Source of the DNA: Bacillota bacterium
GTDB lineage: Bacteria; Bacillota; Clostridia; Acetivibrionales; DSM-1351
DNA: 64,000 nt
Reading direction: 5' to 3'
NCBI GenBank assembly: GCA_023415305.1
Contig: JAEZKZ010000039.1
Span: 103-64,102, forward strand
The stretch's first letter is position 1. Each line of letters opens with the position of its first letter. Under the pieces are notes generated by a model that worked only from the letters and a program-made list of their open reading frames with translations, did no database searches and was not told where the DNA came from. A program made the translations under genes and the position numbers. Positions 39,144-50,157 of this stretch are shown one piece after another.

Positions 39144-40832
39144 ATGAAATTAAAAATTGGAGTAAAAATATTTATTAGCTTTTTTGTTATAACCTCTCTA
39201 ATTATTTTGGTAAGCGTTATCGGGCTGATTGGAATGTATTCAGTAAACAGCTCATATGGAGTAATTGTTAATGAAAATATCCCTGTAGAAATTCTTGTAA
39301 AGGAAGTTAGATCTATAAATCTGGAACAGGTTGCTACTGTAAGAGGTTACATGGTATATAGGGAAGAACAATTTACTGAACAATATAATTCTTTATCCGA
39401 CCGGCTAAATCTTGTATTTAAGGAAATTGAGGGGAAGGCTAGAACAACCGAGTCCCAAGAATTCCTTAAGGCATTGAAAACCAGCCATGATGAATATGAT
39501 AAAGGAGTTCAGGTTGTATTTGATAAAGTTAGAAATGGAGAGATGGATGAAGCCATTGCTTTAGGTACTACAGTAAAAGAAAATGTAGACGATATAAAAA
39601 GAATAACTGAGGACTGGAGTACATACGTTAAAAATATAGATGCACAAGCTATTGATAAAACCGAAAATAACATAAAAGCAAGAATAAGTATATTACTTAT
39701 TATCGTAATTATTACTGTCTTAGGAGCTGTATTAGTTGGTTATATGCTTACAAGAAATATTGCAAGACCAATAAAAGCATTGACAACAATAGCGGGCAGA
39801 ATTTCTGAGGGTGACCTTACTCAGCAGATACCGGAAGTCCGGTCCAAAGATGAAATCCGTGAACTGGGTCATGCCTTCTCAAATATGGTTCTGAATCTCA
39901 GGACACTGATTGTAAATGTTAGCGATGCTTCCCAGGAACTTGTGGCCTCAAGTGAAGAGCTTGCTGCTTCCTCGGGGGAAGTATCCAAGGTTTCGGAACA
40001 GATTGCAATAACTGTATCGGAGTTGGCGAGAGGAGCATCAGAGCAGGCTGTATCCTCTGAAAAAGGCAATGCAAAAATCCTGGATACAGTTGAAGGACTA
40101 GCCCGTATAGCTGAAGAAATGTCCGCCTCTGAAAAGATTATGCAACAGGCGAAGGAAGTAGTAAAAAACGGTGAAGAATCTGTAAGGTATCAGGAACAAA
40201 AAGTAAAAGAAAATAATGAAACATCACTGGAGGTTGCGGATGCAATATCTGAATTATCGGACAAATCTCAGGAAATAGGAAAAATTTTGGAGGTAATTCG
40301 AAGTATTTCCGACCAAACAAACCTGCTGGCATTAAATGCTGCCATAGAAGCTGCAAGAGCAGGAGAGGCCGGAAAGGGTTTCTCGGTTGTGGCAGATGAA
40401 ATCCGTAAACTTGCTGAGCAGTCGAGCCTCTCTGTAAAGCAGATTGATACAATTATCAGGGAGGTACAGTCGGGAGTTAATTCTGCGGTTGTAAAAATGG
40501 ACAAGTCAAAGGCTGTCGCAATTGAACAATCGGCATCTCTGGTAAGTACAGTTGCCGCATTTGATAACATCGCCGAAGTTGTTGAGAATATTAACAGTAA
40601 AATTCTTATGGTTGCTGGAAGGGCCCAAGACCTGAGTAGAAATGCCGTACAGGCTGGAGATGAGATCACCGGGATAGCCAGCGTAGCCCAGCAGACTGCT
40701 GCAAGTACCCAGGAGGTTGCAGCAGCAACAGAGGAGCAATCATCTACGGTACATCAGATTACTGAGGCTGCGGAAGGTTTAACACAATTGGCTTTACAGC
40801 TTCAGGACGGCATCAGGAAATTTAATGTTTAA
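39144..40832 (+). CDS. Methyl-accepting chemotaxis protein (helical sensor, HAMP)
   Basis: Two TM segments, [22 protein letters not shown] tip. Confidence 0.95.
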   Translation: MKLKIGVKIFISFFVITSLIILVSVIGLIGMYSVNSSYGVIVNENIPVEILVKEVRSINLEQVATVRGYMVYREEQFTEQYNSLSDRLNLVFKEIEGKARTTESQEFLKALKTSHDEYDKGVQVVFDKVRNGEMDEAIALGTTVKENVDDIKRITEDWSTYVKNIDAQAIDKTENNIKARISILLIIVIITVLGAVLVGYMLTRNIARPIKALTTIAGRISEGDLTQQIPEVRSKDEIRELGHAFSNMVLNLRTLIVNVSDASQELVASSEELAASSGEVSKVSEQIAITVSELARGASEQAVSSEKGNAKILDTVEGLARIAEEMSASEKIMQQAKEVVKNGEESVRYQEQKVKENNETSLEVADAISELSDKSQEIGKILEVIRSISDQTNLLALNAAIEAARAGEAGKGFSVVADEIRKLAEQSSLSVKQIDTIIREVQSGVNSAVVKMDKSKAVAIEQSASLVSTVAAFDNIAEVVENINSKILMVAGRAQDLSRNAVQAGDEITGIASVAQQTAASTQEVAAATEEQSSTVHQITEAAEGLTQLALQLQDGIRKFNV

Positions 40833-40872
40833 TCACCTGGAAACATAGACTTCAAATAAGACATTATAAAAC

Positions 40873-40903
40873 GTGATGCCCATTGTGGGGCGTCACTTTT
40901 TTT
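40873..40903 (+). terminator. Intrinsic terminator
   Basis: GTGATGCCC ... GGGCGTCAC followed by T7. Confidence 0.85.
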
Positions 40904-41450
40904 GCAAATCGGTTATCAATAGCAACTGTTGCTGTAAGATATCCTGTGACAGCCAATCCCTTCCTGACCTTCGTAACCCGCCTGGTTATAAGTACTCAGG
41001 TAATTTATCAGCAGCTGCATTTCGCAGACATGACCAAGATTCTGAATACCATCGGTGTCGCCATATTTTGCCTTATGCAGATATTCATCAGTTAATACAA
41101 TATCTATTGTCACATGCACAATCCATTGGCACATGCACTTTACTTATAGATTGATTACATAATATAATTATTTGTAATTTGTAAAATTGTACAAAAAATT
41201 GTTTGGTGATCTATAAAAACGGGCATAAATTAATAAAACAATATTATAAATTTGACATATTATCCTATAAAATGAAGAAATGTAATGTTGAGTTGTCCTA
41301 AAGTGCTGTGACATCCTGAAATACGCTAAAGGTATCGGAAAATATCTGCTTGTTGAAATAAATTAATAAAAGTTATCCTACTGCCGAAAACATATCTATT
41401 AAACCTACGTGCTATAATAGTAAAATGTGCCTGGAGGAGGGAGTTTAGAT

Positions 41451-43853
41451 TTGAGATTTAGGAAAAGCAGCATTCAGAATAATTTTTCAGTTTATATAAT
41501 ATTTTTTGTTTTGACATTTACACTAATATTTATATCTGAATTTAGTACAAATGCAATGCCGACTGACAGAAAAAGTGTATTGATAATAAATTCTTATTCT
41601 GAAGGTCTGTCATGGACTGAGAAGGAAAATGACGGTATATTGGAAAAACTGAAGGATGCTGGAGAACTCCTTGACATTTCTGTAGAGTTTATGGATTGGA
41701 AGGTTTATCCTGATAATACCAACCTCAAATATTTAAGTGATTATATGAGATATAAATATTTAAAAAAGCATATTGATATAGTTATAACCACTGATGACGC
41801 GGCGTTGAAATTTGCTTTAGAGCACAGAAAGGAACTTTTCGACAATGCACCGGTCATTTTTTGCGGTGTAAATGCTCAAGGTGTTGAAACCTTAACTGCC
41901 AATGAAAGAGAAGTCGCAGGTATTATTGAAGAAGTAGATGCTGAAGGTACAATTCGGCAAGCTTTTAAAATTAACCCTGATTTGCGGGAGATATATGTAA
42001 TTTTTGACAATTCTGAAAGCGGAATTTCAACCTGGGAACTTACAAAAAAATCTGCTGTGAAGGTATCTTCTAATATTAACCTGATACCTCTGAATAAAGG
42101 AAGTTACAAAGAGATCCTTGCGAGGGTAGAACAAGCGGGCAAAGACAGTATAATACTTATTACTACCTATCATAATGATGAAGAGGGAAACATCTTAGGC
42201 TTTGAGAATTTTACAAAACTTATCAGCGAAGTCAGTAAGGTTCCGGTATATCATTTGTATGAGTTCGGACTTGGCCATGGCGCAGTTGGCGGAAGCATGC
42301 TAAGTGGAAGTGTTCAGGGAAAATTGGCCGGAGAGTTGGCTTTAAAGGTATTAAAAGGGGAGGACCTTTCCCGGATATCTCTTAATAATACAAGTGCCGC
42401 TCGTTATATGTTTGACTATAAAGTCCTAAAGCAGTTTAATATCAGCACTGACCAGCTACCGGATGACAGTATACTTATCAATGAACCTCCTTCAGTTTTT
42501 AAGGAGTATAAAAATGTTATTATTTCTGCTTCAATATTACTAGTATTATTGGTTGTATTTATATTTATTCTGTTGGTTTATATTAATAGAATAAACAAGA
42601 TAAAACAGGAACTGGCAAAAAGCCATGCCGAGTTATCAAAGATTTATGATGACCTTACAGCTTCAGACAAGGAGCTAAAACGTCAATATGATGAACTATC
42701 CGTGGTTAAAGAAGACCTTAGTTCCAGCGAAGCTCGCTACAGGCAGCTGTATGAAAAAATGCTTAACGGTTATTTTGTTTTTGAACCTGTAATAGATGAA
42801 GAATGTAAGCTTACGGATTTACGGTTTGTAGAACTAAATCCGAGCTTCGGCTATCAGACCAAAAGAAACATTTCTGATTTGCCCGGAAAAACCTGGAGTG
42901 AGGTATTCGGTAATATAAATATTGATCAGCATATTTTCCAAAGAGTATTGTACTCAGGGGAAACAGAACAGTTTGAAACCTATTATGCCGGTATCAATAC
43001 ATATTATCTAGTTAATGCATTTAAAATCAGCAGCAATCAGGTGGGTGTGGTATTTGAGAACATTACAAACTATAAACTTGCAATAAAAGAAATTCTTAAA
43101 CTAAATGAGGAGTTGGAGGAAAGGGTTATGGACAGAACTCGTGAATTGCAGTCTGCCGTAAGTCACCTTGAGTCTTTCACCCATACTGTATCCCATGACC
43201 TAAAATCACCACTGCGGGCGGTGGAAAGCTATATAAAAATTATACTGGAGGACTACGGGAAGCATTTAAACATTGAGGTGCAGGAAATGTTATCCTGTGT
43301 GAAAAACATATCCACAGGTATGATAGAACTGGTGAATAAATTGCTTCTCTTCTCAACGACATCGAGGTCTGAGCTAAAAATAGAAGAAATAAATATTGAA
43401 GATAAGTTTAACGACTGCTTCAGTGAACTGAAAGTTGCGTATCCTGATCGAAGCATCGAGCTTGTAATCGAAACAGGACTGCCTTTAGTTATGGCAGATA
43501 GAATTCTGTTAAGGCAGGTTATACACAATATACTTTCAAATTCCTTCAAGTTCACAAAGGAACGGAAACGGGCGCGAATCAAAGTGGGAAGTACTCTTAC
43601 TGAAAACGAGTATGTGTTTTATGTAAAGGATAACGGAATAGGGTTTGATATGAAATATTCAGGCAAACTTTTTGGGATATTTCAAAGGCTTCATACCAGT
43701 GAAGAATTTGAAGGTTCCGGGATCGGCCTTGTTACCATAAAAAGTATTATTGAAAAACATGGAGGAAGAACATGGATTGAGGGGGAAACTGGAGTCGGAA
43801 CCACAATATATTTTACTATTCCATACCGGATGAGCCCTATACAGCAACTATAA
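41451..43853 (+). CDS. Sensor histidine kinase with extracellular binding-protein-like domain and PAS
   Basis: Two TM segments, SHDLKSPL H-box, NILSNSFKF, DNGIG and GSGIGL; TTG start after GGAGGAGG. Confidence 0.92.
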   Translation: MRFRKSSIQNNFSVYIIFFVLTFTLIFISEFSTNAMPTDRKSVLIINSYSEGLSWTEKENDGILEKLKDAGELLDISVEFMDWKVYPDNTNLKYLSDYMRYKYLKKHIDIVITTDDAALKFALEHRKELFDNAPVIFCGVNAQGVETLTANEREVAGIIEEVDAEGTIRQAFKINPDLREIYVIFDNSESGISTWELTKKSAVKVSSNINLIPLNKGSYKEILARVEQAGKDSIILITTYHNDEEGNILGFENFTKLISEVSKVPVYHLYEFGLGHGAVGGSMLSGSVQGKLAGELALKVLKGEDLSRISLNNTSAARYMFDYKVLKQFNISTDQLPDDSILINEPPSVFKEYKNVIISASILLVLLVVFIFILLVYINRINKIKQELAKSHAELSKIYDDLTASDKELKRQYDELSVVKEDLSSSEARYRQLYEKMLNGYFVFEPVIDEECKLTDLRFVELNPSFGYQTKRNISDLPGKTWSEVFGNINIDQHIFQRVLYSGETEQFETYYAGINTYYLVNAFKISSNQVGVVFENITNYKLAIKEILKLNEELEERVMDRTRELQSAVSHLESFTHTVSHDLKSPLRAVESYIKIILEDYGKHLNIEVQEMLSCVKNISTGMIELVNKLLLFSTTSRSELKIEEINIEDKFNDCFSELKVAYPDRSIELVIETGLPLVMADRILLRQVIHNILSNSFKFTKERKRARIKVGSTLTENEYVFYVKDNGIGFDMKYSGKLFGIFQRLHTSEEFEGSGIGLVTIKSIIEKHGGRTWIEGETGVGTTIYFTIPYRMSPIQQL

Positions 43854-43887
43854 TGGAAACCGCTTGTAGTAAAAAATTGGCTAAAAG

Positions 43888-43999
43888 CTTTAAAAGCGCA
43901 CATGGCCAATTAACCTCCTTTATTCGCCTCACAGCGGATTTCGAGGAAATAGTTTTATATACATTTTGTTGCCGCTATCAGGCTCATGGAGGTTAATAT
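43888..43999 (+). repeat. Dispersed structured element, copy B
   Basis: Shares the exact 36-nt and 19-nt blocks with 18123-18226; contains ATTAACCTCC ... GGAGGTTAAT. Confidence 0.9.
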
Positions 44000-45130
44000 A
44001 TGCTGAAAGTTATGCTTGTAGACGATATGGATATAGTGAGAATAGGGCTTAAGCGTATGGGGGTCTGGGGTGAAAAAACAGGTTTTGTGGTGGTTGAAGA
44101 AGCTAAAAACGGAGAGGATGCTATCAGAAAGCTTGAGAAAAATAGTATTGATTTAGTTATTACGGATATAAAAATGCCTAAAGTAGACGGAATGGAACTT
44201 TTAAATCATATCGTGCAAAGAAATCTATGTTCATGTGTTGTTTTACTCAGTGACTTTAGCGAATTCAGTTATGCTCGTCAGGGTATAATTCTCGGTGCCT
44301 TCGATTTTCTTACAAAACCTGCAAATGAGGAGGAAATGGAAAAGCTGCTTGAAAGGGCATATGAACACATAACTAACCGGAAACGGGAAGCTGAGAGAGT
44401 GAAGAAGCTCGAAGAGGTGTTTGAAGAGAGGGCGGAGGAATTTTATCAAAAGGATGATATAAATAAAATTGCGGAACTTATTCAAAGCAGAGAGCTAAAA
44501 GCAATTGACAGTATAAGGCATATTCTTGAACGAATTGGTGCCGCACTTGATTATGATGTCATTAAGCTTGAGGGAGTGATGAAGAAGGCAGTTCCCAAGG
44601 TAATGGAAGCAGTATTGTTAGAAAACAGCTGGCTTGAAAAATATATAAATACCGACTTATTAGCCAACCTTACTGTACATAAATTTACAGATTACAACGA
44701 ATTGTTGAATTTTATTATTATGGATATACAGAAATTATTTGATTTATTAAAAACAATACAATTGGGATATCCGGATAAGGGAATAGTTTGGGATGTAAGC
44801 AACTATATACTCCAAAACATTGATAACGGCTTGTCTCTGCAAATGGTAGCCGAGAAATTATATATGAACAAAACCTATATAAGCGAAGTATTTAAGCAAA
44901 AGACTGGTATTCCATTTATAGAATACCTTACAATGGTTAAAATGGAAAGGGCAAAGCAAATACTGGCCATTGACGGTCTTAAGTCATATGAAGCAGCAGA
45001 AGTACTTGGATTTAAAGATTCTGAATATTTCGCAAAGCTGTTCAAAAAATATACAGGCAAGTCTGTATCTGATATTAGATTAAAAAAGTACAAGACAGGA
45101 TTCACCAAAACCCGAAAAAATTCGGGGTAG
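44000..45130 (+). CDS. Response regulator with AraC-type HTH (YesN-like)
   Basis: REC domain (VDD, TDIKMPKVDG, KP) and C-terminal AraC signature LGFKDSEYFAKLFKKYTG. Confidence 0.92.
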   Translation: MLKVMLVDDMDIVRIGLKRMGVWGEKTGFVVVEEAKNGEDAIRKLEKNSIDLVITDIKMPKVDGMELLNHIVQRNLCSCVVLLSDFSEFSYARQGIILGAFDFLTKPANEEEMEKLLERAYEHITNRKREAERVKKLEEVFEERAEEFYQKDDINKIAELIQSRELKAIDSIRHILERIGAALDYDVIKLEGVMKKAVPKVMEAVLLENSWLEKYINTDLLANLTVHKFTDYNELLNFIIMDIQKLFDLLKTIQLGYPDKGIVWDVSNYILQNIDNGLSLQMVAEKLYMNKTYISEVFKQKTGIPFIEYLTMVKMERAKQILAIDGLKSYEAAEVLGFKDSEYFAKLFKKYTGKSVSDIRLKKYKTGFTKTRKNSG

Positions 45131-45284
45131 GTTCTTGAATAATTCTATTCTTAATTCACAGAAAAACTTGTATTATTGGAATATAAATACAGGTTTATTT
45201 TTATATTTGAAATTATTGATGTCTTTAATTTTCTTTATATACAGGCGGCTGGAGAAAGCCTTTAGTCATAGATGGAGGGACGGT

Positions 45285-47327
45285 ATGTTCAAAGATTTTA
45301 CAAATTATATACCACTTAAAATCACAACTGTTTATATGTTGACAGGCTCTTTATGGGTGCTCTTATCAGATAAAATGCTTAGTTTTATGGTATATGATAA
45401 GGAGATGGTAGCTATTTTCAGCTTAATAAAGGGCTGTTTGTATGTTACTGTTACAGGGATAATTATATATATGCTTACAAACAACTCAATCAAGCAAATC
45501 AAGAGAACCGAGCTTGAGTTGGTTAAAAGCTGCAAAGCCTTATCAGAAGCTAATAGCAATTTTGAAATATCCAACAGACAGTTGGAAGCTTCTCAAGCGG
45601 AACTCGAAGCTCAGTATAGGCAAGCTCTTGAAAACCAGAATAAAATTAAGGAAAGTGAAGAATTTTACAGACTTATATCAGAGGCAACAAATGATGCAAT
45701 CTGGCAGAAGATTAATGGTAAAACCTTTTTCTCTGAAAGATGGTTTCAAATTACCGGGTACAGCAAATCTGAGTTTGATGCCCTCGGTAATGGCTGGGAA
45801 GAATGCATTCATCCTGAGGACAGGCCAATTGTTAAAGAAAAAATGCTCCTTCATCAGATGCAAAAATCACCTTATTATAGCTGTGAATACCGTTTTAGAA
45901 AAAAGGACGGTAAGTATGCTTGGATTTATGCAAGAGGTAAAGCTCAAATAAATGAAAAAGGGGAACTTTACCGTATGGCAGGATCCTATACCGATATAAC
46001 AGAACTAAAGGAATACGAACAGAGGCTTCACCATATAGCTTATCACGACCAACTTACCGGTCTTAAAAACAGATATTCTTTGATTGATAGAATAAATTCA
46101 CTTATTGCAGAAAATAGTGGGGAAAAATATGCACTTCTTTATATTGATATTGATAACTTCAAATACATAAACGATGACATGGGGCATAGGTTTGGAGACC
46201 TTCTTCTGCTAAAAATCAGTGAGCGTCTTTCCAAAATGGGGATATATTGTTCTACACTTTACAGAATAGATGGTGACGAGTTTGCCATTCTGGTAGAGAA
46301 ATACAATAAAAAAGAGCAGCTGGAACAGATAGCTGTAAATATCCTAAAGAATTTTAAACCCTGTTTTGAGGTTGAAAATATAAATAATTATATAACTGTA
46401 AGCATAGGTATATCAACTTATCCTGAGCATGGCACCGAAGTCGATGCATTGCTGAAGAATGCTGACATAGCAGTATACAAGGCCAAAGAAAGCGGAAGAA
46501 ACAGAATTGTTTTTTATAATTCGCCAATGAACGAAGAACTTTCCGAAAGAATGTTGATAGAGAAACACCTTCGAAAGGCTTTGGACAATAATGAGTTTGA
46601 ATTATACTATCAGCCCCAGCTTGATATTAAGACCGGCTTGATTTCGGGCTTTGAAGCTCTCATTAGATGGAGAAATCCTGAATTGGGTTTTGTATCTCCC
46701 CTAAGGTTTATTGGGGTTGCTGAGGCTACCCATTTGATAATTCCCATAGGGGAATGGGTGTTGAATGAGGCCTGTAATTTCCTTAAAAGCCTTGAAAATA
46801 AGGGGTTTGAAGGGTTGAATATATCAATAAATATCTCGATGCTTCAATTGTTGGAGGAGGATTTTGCCCATATGGTCATTGACAGGATTGATGCAGTCGG
46901 TATTAATCCAAAACAGGTTGAGCTTGAGATAACGGAATCTATTTTAATGGAGTCTTATGAGGTTATAGCCGAAAAATTGAAACTATTGCGCGCCAAGGGA
47001 ATTAAAATTGCTTTGGATGACTTCGGAAAAGGGTATTCGTCACTGAATTATCTAAAGAATCTACCCATAACCACGTTGAAAATTGATAAATCCTTTATTG
47101 ACACTATCTCCGAAGGCAATAAAGATAAATCGCTTACAAACCTAATTGTTAGGATTGGACGTTCAATGAATCTGTGTGTTGTGGCTGAAGGAGTTGAAAC
47201 TCAGGAACAGATGAACTATCTGATAAAACATAAATGTAACAGAATACAGGGGTATCTGTTCAGTAAACCTATGCAAGAAGCTGACACAATTAAAAGGCTT
47301 GAACAACAGAATATTAGACTTAACTAA
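45285..47327 (+). CDS. Membrane PAS-GGDEF-EAL c-di-GMP turnover protein
   Basis: Two TM segments, PAS (IHPEDR), DIDNFK..ND..GH..GD, DGDEF, EAL and DDFGKGYSS; start after GGAGG. Confidence 0.92.
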   Translation: MFKDFTNYIPLKITTVYMLTGSLWVLLSDKMLSFMVYDKEMVAIFSLIKGCLYVTVTGIIIYMLTNNSIKQIKRTELELVKSCKALSEANSNFEISNRQLEASQAELEAQYRQALENQNKIKESEEFYRLISEATNDAIWQKINGKTFFSERWFQITGYSKSEFDALGNGWEECIHPEDRPIVKEKMLLHQMQKSPYYSCEYRFRKKDGKYAWIYARGKAQINEKGELYRMAGSYTDITELKEYEQRLHHIAYHDQLTGLKNRYSLIDRINSLIAENSGEKYALLYIDIDNFKYINDDMGHRFGDLLLLKISERLSKMGIYCSTLYRIDGDEFAILVEKYNKKEQLEQIAVNILKNFKPCFEVENINNYITVSIGISTYPEHGTEVDALLKNADIAVYKAKESGRNRIVFYNSPMNEELSERMLIEKHLRKALDNNEFELYYQPQLDIKTGLISGFEALIRWRNPELGFVSPLRFIGVAEATHLIIPIGEWVLNEACNFLKSLENKGFEGLNISINISMLQLLEEDFAHMVIDRIDAVGINPKQVELEITESILMESYEVIAEKLKLLRAKGIKIALDDFGKGYSSLNYLKNLPITTLKIDKSFIDTISEGNKDKSLTNLIVRIGRSMNLCVVAEGVETQEQMNYLIKHKCNRIQGYLFSKPMQEADTIKRLEQQNIRLN

Positions 47328-47348
47328 GTCGGGGAGGATTAAAAAATT

Positions 47349-49376
47349 ATGAAATTAAGGGTTAAATTATCTATTTTGATGATTACGATGATGCTTTTTA
47401 CAATTGGGATTATGGGTGTAATTGCTTTACTAAAGTCCACAGAAACAATCAATGATTTGACAAAATCCACAATGACAGAAATTAACAGAGAAAATTCAAC
47501 AGTTATCAGTGCAATGATCGATAAGGAAAAAAGAAATATCCAATTGGTTGCCTCAATGAAAGAAGCAGAGGAAATTCTGCAAAAATCGAAGACCGGTCAG
47601 CAGATTGATGAAATACAAGTAGCCTTTGGTGCTAAGCTTACCCAGATGGTCAAGGATGCAGGTAATATTGAACATATTTTTCTTGTGACTGATAAGGGAA
47701 TAATTTGTGCTGACAGTGATAAAAATCTGATAGGTACAGACATTAATGACAGAGCCTATACAAAAGAAGTATTAGAATCAGGAAATCCTGTGATAAGTGA
47801 AACTTTAAAGTCGAAATCAACAGGGGCCTACGTTGTAATTTTTACCCATCCAGTGAAGGTTAATGGTGAGGTATTAGGTTTCGTAGGGGCAGCAGTAAAT
47901 GCAGACAGTATGGTGAAGTATCTTTCTGATACAAAGATTCTGAATACCAAGTCCAGTTATGCATATTTGGTTGACGAGACAGGAAATCTATTGTACCACC
48001 CTGATAACAAAAAAATCGGAAGTCCAATAGAAAATGCACAGATAAAGGCTGTTGTGGAAAGAGTTAAGAATGGTGAGGATATTGCTCCGGAAGTGGTTCA
48101 GTACGATTATCAGGGAGAATTGAAACAGGCTGCCTACAGAATTATACCTGAAACAAAATGGACGGCTGTAGTAACTAGTGATTTGGGAGAGATTATGGCT
48201 CCTTTGAACAGTATGGTTTTCTATATTCTTATGGCAGCCGGAATAATGGTGGTTTTGGCGGCAGCAGCCGGGTTGATTATTGCTTCAAGGATATCCAAAC
48301 CGATTATAAAACTTACAGAGCTGATAAACAGGACTGCCGAACTGGATTTAATATATGACGATAAATATGAATATCTTACTAAGAATAAGGATGAAACCGG
48401 AATAATTGCAAAAGCAACGTTTGTAACTCGTCAGGTTTTAAGAGATATGGCGGCAAAGCTGCATGATGTAGCTGAGGTTATTATGGAAAATGCAAGCAGT
48501 ATGGAGCAGCTGTCAAACAACATTCAGGAAAATGCTCATGATAATTCGGCTACAACTGAGCAATTATCGGCAGGAATGGAGGAAACAGCTGCATCCTCCG
48601 AGGAAATAACAGCCACTACAGAAGAAATTGACGCAAGCGTCAGTGCCATAGCTGAAAGAGTTAAGGACGGAGCCAATAAGTCGGAAGAAATAACCCAGCG
48701 TGCTACTATACTGAGAAAAGATGCGGTAGAGTCTGCGAAAAATGCCAGGGAGATTTACGAAGAGGTAAAAATCAAGATGGAAAATGCCATTGAAGAATCA
48801 AATACAATTACTCAAATTAGTCTATTGGCAGAAACCATACTTTCTATTACAAGTCAGACTAACCTTCTGGCATTAAATGCTGCCATAGAAGCGGCTAGAG
48901 CCGGAGATGCAGGTAAGGGCTTTGCAGTGGTAGCCGATGAAATAAGGAAACTTGCTGAACAATCCAGTGCTACTGCAGCAGGTATCCAGCAGATTGTTAA
49001 GAACGTATATTCTTCAGTTGGGCACATGAAGACAAATTCTGAAGAAATACTAAACTTTGTAGATAAAAATGTTCTTGCGGATTATGAAAAGCTTACAATC
49101 GTCAGTGAGCAATATAACAATGATGCAGAATATATTAATGATTTGATGTCGGAATTTCAATTAGCTGCAGACCAACTTGATGTTGCAGTTTCAAGTATAT
49201 CGACAGCAATGAATGAAGTAGCGGCCACCATCAATGAGAGCGCCAAGGGCGTTCAGGATATTGCTGAAAAGACTAATGATATCGTTGAAAAGACAATACG
49301 GGAAACAAAGCTTGCCGATCAGAATTCGCATGGGGCAAGGGAATTACAGATTCTTGTTGAAAGATTTAAGATTTAG
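47349..49376 (+). CDS. Methyl-accepting chemotaxis protein with Cache sensor domain
   Basis: Cache-like extracellular region (DRAY, SKSTG, YLVD..G...YHP); [17 protein letters not shown] tip. Confidence 0.95.
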   Translation: MKLRVKLSILMITMMLFTIGIMGVIALLKSTETINDLTKSTMTEINRENSTVISAMIDKEKRNIQLVASMKEAEEILQKSKTGQQIDEIQVAFGAKLTQMVKDAGNIEHIFLVTDKGIICADSDKNLIGTDINDRAYTKEVLESGNPVISETLKSKSTGAYVVIFTHPVKVNGEVLGFVGAAVNADSMVKYLSDTKILNTKSSYAYLVDETGNLLYHPDNKKIGSPIENAQIKAVVERVKNGEDIAPEVVQYDYQGELKQAAYRIIPETKWTAVVTSDLGEIMAPLNSMVFYILMAAGIMVVLAAAAGLIIASRISKPIIKLTELINRTAELDLIYDDKYEYLTKNKDETGIIAKATFVTRQVLRDMAAKLHDVAEVIMENASSMEQLSNNIQENAHDNSATTEQLSAGMEETAASSEEITATTEEIDASVSAIAERVKDGANKSEEITQRATILRKDAVESAKNAREIYEEVKIKMENAIEESNTITQISLLAETILSITSQTNLLALNAAIEAARAGDAGKGFAVVADEIRKLAEQSSATAAGIQQIVKNVYSSVGHMKTNSEEILNFVDKNVLADYEKLTIVSEQYNNDAEYINDLMSEFQLAADQLDVAVSSISTAMNEVAATINESAKGVQDIAEKTNDIVEKTIRETKLADQNSHGARELQILVERFKI

Positions 49377-49386
49377 AGGTGAGACT

Positions 49387-49557
49387 ATGATTCTGGAAAT
49401 AGAAAACTTACGCGAAAAACTGAATGAAATTGTTGAAGACAACAACTGTGCCAGCACCGAGGTGCTGGCGGTCAGTCAGGAAATGGATGCACTTTTATTA
49501 AAGTATATGAATCACGACTCAAAGGGAGATTTAAAAGCCAATAGTCAACGTTCCTGA
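49387..49557 (+). CDS. Spo0E-family aspartyl-phosphate phosphatase (56 aa)
   Basis: IENLREKLN...EVLAVSQEMDALL matches the Spo0E SQELD signature; GAGGTG RBS. Confidence 0.8.
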   Translation: MILEIENLREKLNEIVEDNNCASTEVLAVSQEMDALLLKYMNHDSKGDLKANSQRS

Positions 49558-49765
49558 TTTTTGCTGAAAAATTCGAATTGATGTATTTCACATTTAATTG
49601 AATCCTAATTGACATAAAATTATTATAATTTTATAATTATAGAAAGTATTAAATTGGAAATATTATAAATCTGGTAATCAATTAGGTAGAACTACCATGT
49701 TCTGTAAATTTATTATGAAAAGCATTTCAATTGAATTTTATTTTAACCTAGGGAGAGTGACAGAT

Positions 49766-50128
49766 TTGAAAAAAGTACTTATTGTAGACGATGCTTCATT
49801 TATGAGGTTATCATTAAGGACTATGCTTGAAAATAATGGGTATGAGGTAGCGGGGGAAGCCGAAAACGGCTTTGAGGCTATTAAGCTCTACACGGAACTA
49901 AAACCCGATATTGTTACAATGGATATAACAATGCCGGAACTGGACGGAATTCAGGCATTAAAATCAATAATGGAGCTTGACAGAACAGCGAAAGTAGTAA
50001 TATTATCTGCAATGGGACAGGAAACCAAAGTAAAGGAAGCCATTATCAGCGGAGCCAGAACCTTCATTGTCAAGCCTTTCAAAGAAGAGCATTTAATTCA
50101 GACACTAAATAAAATAGCAAACATTTAA
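49766..50128 (+). CDS. cheY: Chemotaxis response regulator CheY
   Basis: Single REC domain (VDDA.FMR, MDITMPELDG, VKPF) upstream of cheA. Confidence 0.9.
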   Translation: MKKVLIVDDASFMRLSLRTMLENNGYEVAGEAENGFEAIKLYTELKPDIVTMDITMPELDGIQALKSIMELDRTAKVVILSAMGQETKVKEAIISGARTFIVKPFKEEHLIQTLNKIANI

Positions 50129-50157
50129 ATATGCTTTATTTGGAAGGAGGCGGTCTC

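Noticed and set aside
38960..41450. c-di-GMP riboswitch ahead of the MCP or signalling genes
   Set aside because: No convincing GEMM-type two-stem motif could be found by eye.
43691..43909. 72-aa antisense ORF starting in element copy B as a real gene
   Set aside because: Most of it overlaps the conserved kinase G-box region. Only the first seven codons are shared with copy A, which is noted as a hypothesis in the findings.
45135..45284. N-terminal extensions in the ORF track (also 4600, 7450, 18187, 23283, 34589, 49234, 49697)
   Set aside because: Better RBS-supported starts lie downstream, and the extensions overlap neighbouring genes or promoter DNA.
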